From Oculatellaceae cyanobacterium bins.114 (lineage in GTDB: Bacteria; Cyanobacteriota; Cyanobacteriia; Elainellales; Elainellaceae): a stretch of 64,000 nt of DNA. Of the stretch, positions 60,006 through 64,000 are shown one piece after another. Position 1 is the first letter of the stretch. Every line of letters starts with the position of its first letter. The translations under genes and the position numbers were made by a program. Location of the stretch: assembly GCA_033764315.1 (NCBI GenBank), contig JANRJA010000023.1, positions 1 to 64,000 of the forward strand. Reading direction: 5' to 3'. The notes under the pieces are model-generated. The model searched no databases and was not told the DNA's origin. It saw only the letters and a list, made by a program, of their open reading frames with translations.

Positions 60006-61021
60006 GATATGGCTCCAATAGGCTCGATGGTGGGTTGTGTTAAATGTTCTTCCCAGCGACGGGGGGTAGCGGTGCGACGAATGTCTCGCCAAATGGTTGT
60101 TGCAGCTAATGTACCATCTGCAACGGCAATTGACACCTGATTGATACCTTCTTTTAAGTCACCCACCGCAAAAATTCGAGAATGGGAGGTGCGGCACATA
60201 GAATCAGTGACTAAATTTTCCCCTTTCCACTGCAAATCTAGACCCTTGAGATAGCCGTTGTGGTAGTGCGAACCCATTGCCACAAGCCCCGTTTCAAGCT
60301 CAACACTAGAGCCATCCTCTAGCTCTACCCCATTCATCTCATGGTGTTCTCCTAAGAACCGCTTAATGGGAGTTTCGACCAAAGGAAAGCCAAATTCCTT
60401 TAACTTTTGTCGCATCTCATCTCCAACAGAGCACAGACCGTGAGTAAAAACGGTGATGTAGGGGGTAAACCAATTGAGTACAAAGGCGGTGTTAATAGCA
60501 TTTTCAGAGCCGACAAACAGCCCACACTTTTTATCTGCCATCTCGTAACCATCACAAATCATACAAACATGCAGGTTATAGCCTGCATAATCGTAGACAT
60601 TCTGCATATCTGGCAACTTAGGCAGTTGATCAATGATGCCGCTGGCAGCAATGACATATTTAGAGCGAAAGACTGGATAGGTACTGTCAACTTTGCCGAT
60701 TTTGACTTTAACGGCAAACGTATCGCCTTCATCTTGAACGTCTTCGACGAAGCCCCGCAGGTAGTCCCCTCCCAGATCGAGCATGTGCTCTGTACCTTGA
60801 TTTAGAATCTCTCTGCCTGGAGTTTCGGGTGATAATCCCAAATAATTCCGCAAATCTTGCATCCAAAAGGAGCGACCCCGACCCTTCTCAATCACGAGGC
60901 AGGATAGGCGATATCGCTGGAGATAGACGGCAGCCGACAATCCTCCAGCACCCCCTCCAACGATAATGACATCGTAGAGGTGGTCGAGGCGTTGATCCAG
61001 GTTTTTCTTGGAGAGTTTCAT
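60002..61021 (-). CDS. Thioredoxin-reductase-like flavoprotein lacking the NADPH motif (DDOR-like)
   Basis: GGGAGG FAD motif, CMIC, GSENAINTA in place of GGGxxA, C-terminal tail with RRW. Confidence 0.85.
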   Translation of the reverse strand: MKLSKKNLDQRLDHLYDVIIVGGGAGGLSAAVYLQRYRLSCLVIEKGRGRSFWMQDLRNYLGLSPETPGREILNQGTEHMLDLGGDYLRGFVEDVQDEGDTFAVKVKIGKVDSTYPVFRSKYVIAASGIIDQLPKLPDMQNVYDYAGYNLHVCMICDGYEMADKKCGLFVGSENAINTAFVLNWFTPYITVFTHGLCSVGDEMRQKLKEFGFPLVETPIKRFLGEHHEMNGVELEDGSSVELETGLVAMGSHYHNGYLKGLDLQWKGENLVTDSMCRTSHSRIFAVGDLKEGINQVSIAVADGTLAATTIWRDIRRTATPRRWEEHLTQPTIEPIGAIS

Positions 61022-61159
61022 AGCAGATCACTAACGTCAGGAAAAGGCGAACAGCTTTACCTCTAGCGTATCGTGCTCAATCGAGTGAATTCTGAGAATG
61101 AAGAAATTTTTAGACCCTAAGTACTGCTTTTCACAGATAGGGTTCGGCAATAAAACCAA

Positions 61160-61208
61160 GGGGGGGTGGGGGCGCAGCCCCCAGCCAGGGGTCTCACCCC
61201 TGCACCCC
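61160..61208. repeat. GC-rich double-hairpin dispersed repeat
   Basis: GGGGTG-GGGGC gca GCCCC-ca-gc-CAGGGGT ctc ACCCCTG-CACCCC cloverleaf-like structure. Confidence 0.6.
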
Positions 61209-61498
61209 AAATTCCCACCCCTATTTACGATGAGTTGTACTAAGGACAGCAGACCCTCAGTAGGGAGGAAATTTAGGGTTAACGTGAGCACTCAGCCAAA
61301 TAGTAAAACTCCTGACTACTACAAGCTGCCACACTCCCCTCGTTTTATTTTCAAACCCTATCTGTGAATACCAGAAGGAGTATGGATTGATGCAGATGGA
61401 ATTCTCGGCGTAGAGACATGGCACTGCCATGTCTCTAAAGCGGCTCTAATTATACAGATGACAGATAGATAACAGATTCAGCTCCTGGAGCCATCTTC

Positions 61499-61819
61499 TC
61501 AAGCCGTTTGCTCTTCAGGGACAGCCACTTTGGGAGCGTCTTGGGTAATGGTGAGATAACGAATGACATCATCACTTAACCGCATTGCCCGCTCTAGCGT
61601 GGCGACTGTGTTGCCACCGCTCTTGTAGTTCATTTGAATGTAAACGCCTTCCCGCTGTTTCTTGATTTCGTAAGCTAGGCGGCGTTTGCCTCGATGTTGC
61701 GTTTCAATATCAGTTGCGCCCTGTTCGGTGAGCAACGCTTGATAGCGGGCGATCGCCTGATCGGTTAATTCATCACCCAAATCAGACCGCAAAATGTACA
61801 TTGTTTCGTAATAATTCAT
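61499..61819 (-). CDS. rpsF: 30S ribosomal protein S6
   Basis: [27 protein letters not shown]. Confidence 0.97.
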   Translation of the reverse strand: MNYYETMYILRSDLGDELTDQAIARYQALLTEQGATDIETQHRGKRRLAYEIKKQREGVYIQMNYKSGGNTVATLERAMRLSDDVIRYLTITQDAPKVAVPEEQTA

Positions 61820-61827
61820 GGAAATAA

Positions 61828-61940
61828 CTCCTTATGGACAAATGGCTTCTGTTGCTCAATGACCTTTTTAAAAAGAATGGGAGAATTGAGGCAAGGCTGA
61901 CTACTCTTACTAATGAGGCATTCAGACTAGAAGCAAGGAA
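61828..61940 (-). promoter_or_regulatory. S6:S18-type ribosomal leader RNA of rpsF
   Basis: Minus strand TTCCTTGCTTCT...AGAAGC-catttgt-CCA-TAAGGAG; the anti-SD stem pairs with the SD. Confidence 0.7.
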
Positions 61941-61975
61941 TTACCATCATATCTCAGGTTAAACGTTAATTCACT

Positions 61976-62773
61976 ATGGCTCAACGCTATGTCCGGGTTC
62001 AAACCAAGGCAGGACAGCTTTATTATGGATTGCTGCATTTAGATCGGCGTGTACAGGTATTGGATGCACCCCCTTGGCTTAAAGGGCAACCCACCGACCA
62101 AGAGTTAGCACCCGACACGTATCACGTTTTGGCTCCTTGTGCTCCGTCTAAGATCATTGCAGTGGGTAAAAATTATCAAAAACACGCGGCTGAGATGGGG
62201 GGTGAAGTGCCCAAAGAGCCATTACTGTTTTTTAAGCCGCCAACGGCGGTGATTGCAGCAGATGTGCCGATTCAATATCCACCTCAGTCGGAGCGGGTCG
62301 ATTATGAAGGAGAGTTGGCACTGATTATTGGCGATCGCTGTATCGATTGCACCCCCGATGAAGCCCGCCAGAAAATTTGGGGATATACGATTGCTAATGA
62401 TGTGACCGCACGGGACTTGCAGCGCAAAGACAATCAGTGGACTCGTGCCAAAGGGTTTGATACCTTTTGTCCGTTGGGGCCGTGGATTGTACGCGAACTC
62501 AGTGCTGGGGCACGATTGCAAACATTTCTCAATGATGATGCGACTCCGGTGCAGTCGGCTCCCATCAGTGAGATGGTCTTTTCGCCAGAGTTCCTGGTGT
62601 CTTACATCAGCCAGGTAATGACGCTGTTACCCGGAGATGTGATTTTGACAGGCACCCCAGAAGGCGTGGGATCGGTCACTGTGGGCGATCGCATTCGAGT
62701 GGAGATTGAGGGAATCGGTTCTTTGGAAAACGCAGTGATTGCCAAACAGCCTGCTGAGAAAGCGATGGAATAG
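61976..62773 (+). CDS. Fumarylacetoacetate hydrolase family protein
   Basis: KIIAVGKNY, DYEGEL, NDVTARDLQ, AKGFDTFCPLGP, GDVILTGTP. Confidence 0.93.
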   Translation: MAQRYVRVQTKAGQLYYGLLHLDRRVQVLDAPPWLKGQPTDQELAPDTYHVLAPCAPSKIIAVGKNYQKHAAEMGGEVPKEPLLFFKPPTAVIAADVPIQYPPQSERVDYEGELALIIGDRCIDCTPDEARQKIWGYTIANDVTARDLQRKDNQWTRAKGFDTFCPLGPWIVRELSAGARLQTFLNDDATPVQSAPISEMVFSPEFLVSYISQVMTLLPGDVILTGTPEGVGSVTVGDRIRVEIEGIGSLENAVIAKQPAEKAME

Positions 62774-62817
62774 CTATCTATAGGGACGCGATTAACCGCG
62801 TCCCTATGACTTTCCTG

Positions 62818-63312
62818 TTACCGGGTCTGCACGTAGGCAGCATCAGATAGGGGTGGAATTTCGGCGTATCGCCCAAACGCAGATTGCACGACTGAGTAGA
62901 TAACGGCTGCTACAGTTCCAAGAAAAACAATAAAAGCGACAGTTTCATTAACTAAGGGAATTCTGACAATCTTAGCCACCAAGTCAAACCAAACTAGGCT
63001 AGCAAGACTGACACCAATCCCAATTAAGATGGATTGCATCGCATTAAAACGAATAAAGTGTTGGATGCTCTCATTTCGCACTACGAGAAAATAGAGTGCC
63101 AGAAAAACTAGAAACCCACCAAAGGGAATCGACCCTATTATGATTGCGTAAATTGCAATGAACGGTTGTAGCGGGAAGAGGATGATTTGAAGCTCAGGAA
63201 ATCGCAAAAAGAAAGCACGACCAAAAGAAATAATGACTTCTATTAAAGGCAACAAATAGGGCAAGCAAGCAAAGAGGCGATCGAGAGGGGAAGTAGAACC
63301 GCGCCAGGTCAT
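62818..63312 (-). CDS. Tic20/Ycf60 family membrane protein
   Basis: MTWRGS..DRLFACLPYLLP, HFIRFNAMQSIL, EIPPLSDAAYVQ. Confidence 0.9.
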   Translation of the reverse strand: MTWRGSTSPLDRLFACLPYLLPLIEVIISFGRAFFLRFPELQIILFPLQPFIAIYAIIIGSIPFGGFLVFLALYFLVVRNESIQHFIRFNAMQSILIGIGVSLASLVWFDLVAKIVRIPLVNETVAFIVFLGTVAAVIYSVVQSAFGRYAEIPPLSDAAYVQTR

Positions 63313-63419
63313 GTCATCCTCGTATTTTTAAAGCGTCAACAGAAAATTCGGTTGGGGCTACGCCTAGAATAACGCAATGGGCTTTTGTGTTGTGAATCCT
63401 GCAATTATTTTCTGACCAC

Positions 63420-63614
63420 TTATTCAATATTGGCGACCCGAAAGCCCATCTGACATTCATATTGCACTGGCTGATTGTCATTCACCGCCAGTACCCGACC
63501 ACACCGGAGTTGCCCCTGTTGCCAGCGGGGTTGCCCACTCTGATCAGCCATCAGACAGGTCTGACAAACATGGTGCGGAGCGAGAATTTGTTTTTCCATC
63601 AAGATGACTAGCAT
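63420..63614 (-). CDS. Small conserved cyanobacterial Cys-rich hypothetical protein
   Basis: VCQTCLMA...PRW...LRCG...YECQMGFR (4 Cys); GAGGT RBS. Confidence 0.75.
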   Translation of the reverse strand: MLVILMEKQILAPHHVCQTCLMADQSGQPRWQQGQLRCGRVLAVNDNQPVQYECQMGFRVANIE

Positions 63615-64000
63615 CAGAACACCTCTAATGGAGCCAGCTACTTCTTCGTTGAAATCTAGCTCTGCTTACACTCTAGTAAGACTATTTTAGGTCAGCAAAT
63701 CTTAACCCTTTGCTAATTCATACATAACTTTAAGGGTTGACTGCTATCTGTGTGGTGTTTATTGCAGCAATCTTAAAAAGCGATCGCCCTTTTGAGTAGA
63801 GATGAATTGAGTTCAGATACATGAGCCTCGTCATCTATCTCAAGTCGTGCTGATCAGCCCTTTGCGATTGCTATATGATGAAAGACTGGAGAGAACGGAC
63901 AGCACGGGTGAAAGACTGATGGTTAAAAGCTTAAACCTTTAGTCATTAGCAAAGATTATCTTTGCTCCGGTGTGATGGCCTGCCAACATGTTTATTTGAT

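Noticed and set aside
27586..61021. GST, NTRC, thioredoxin and DDOR-like genes as one redox cluster
   Set aside because: Spread over more than 30 kb among unrelated genes; no shared operon or motif seen.
1..64000. Very frequent GCGATCGC octamer as a novel repeat system
   Set aside because: This is the well-known cyanobacterial HIP1 sequence.

Overview
Chromosomal window from a cyanobacterium. The HIP1 octamer GCGATCGC is very frequent, and genes such as psb34, NTRC, gap2, Tic20 and COP23 are present. The heptamer tandem repeats suggest a filamentous, Leptolyngbya/Oculatella-like lineage, which is an inference. Most of the window is core or conserved genes: leuS, sigG plus anti-sigma, pyk, ntrC, 6S RNA, an EF-G paralogue, gap2, nadD, murC-murB, trxA, cry-DASH and rpsF. 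One accessory stretch (~5.8-17.4 kb) carries a PlsY-dikinase fusion, a nonsense-truncated PIN toxin pair, an MNT-HEPN toxin-antitoxin pair, a TIR-NB-ARC-TPR (NLR-like) gene and an AT-rich orphan membrane protein. The NLR-like gene has an orphan duplicated C-terminus, an in-frame palindromic insert and an upstream 21-bp repeat array. Non-coding signals not in the ORF track are a candidate sRNA at ~21.23-21.37 kb, an S6:S18-type rpsF leader, an autoregulatory ECF promoter, a MITE with target-site duplication, several REP/STRR families and perfect operator-like palindromes. No CRISPR array, tRNA, rRNA or transposase was seen. All family assignments are from motif recognition; no database searches were run.
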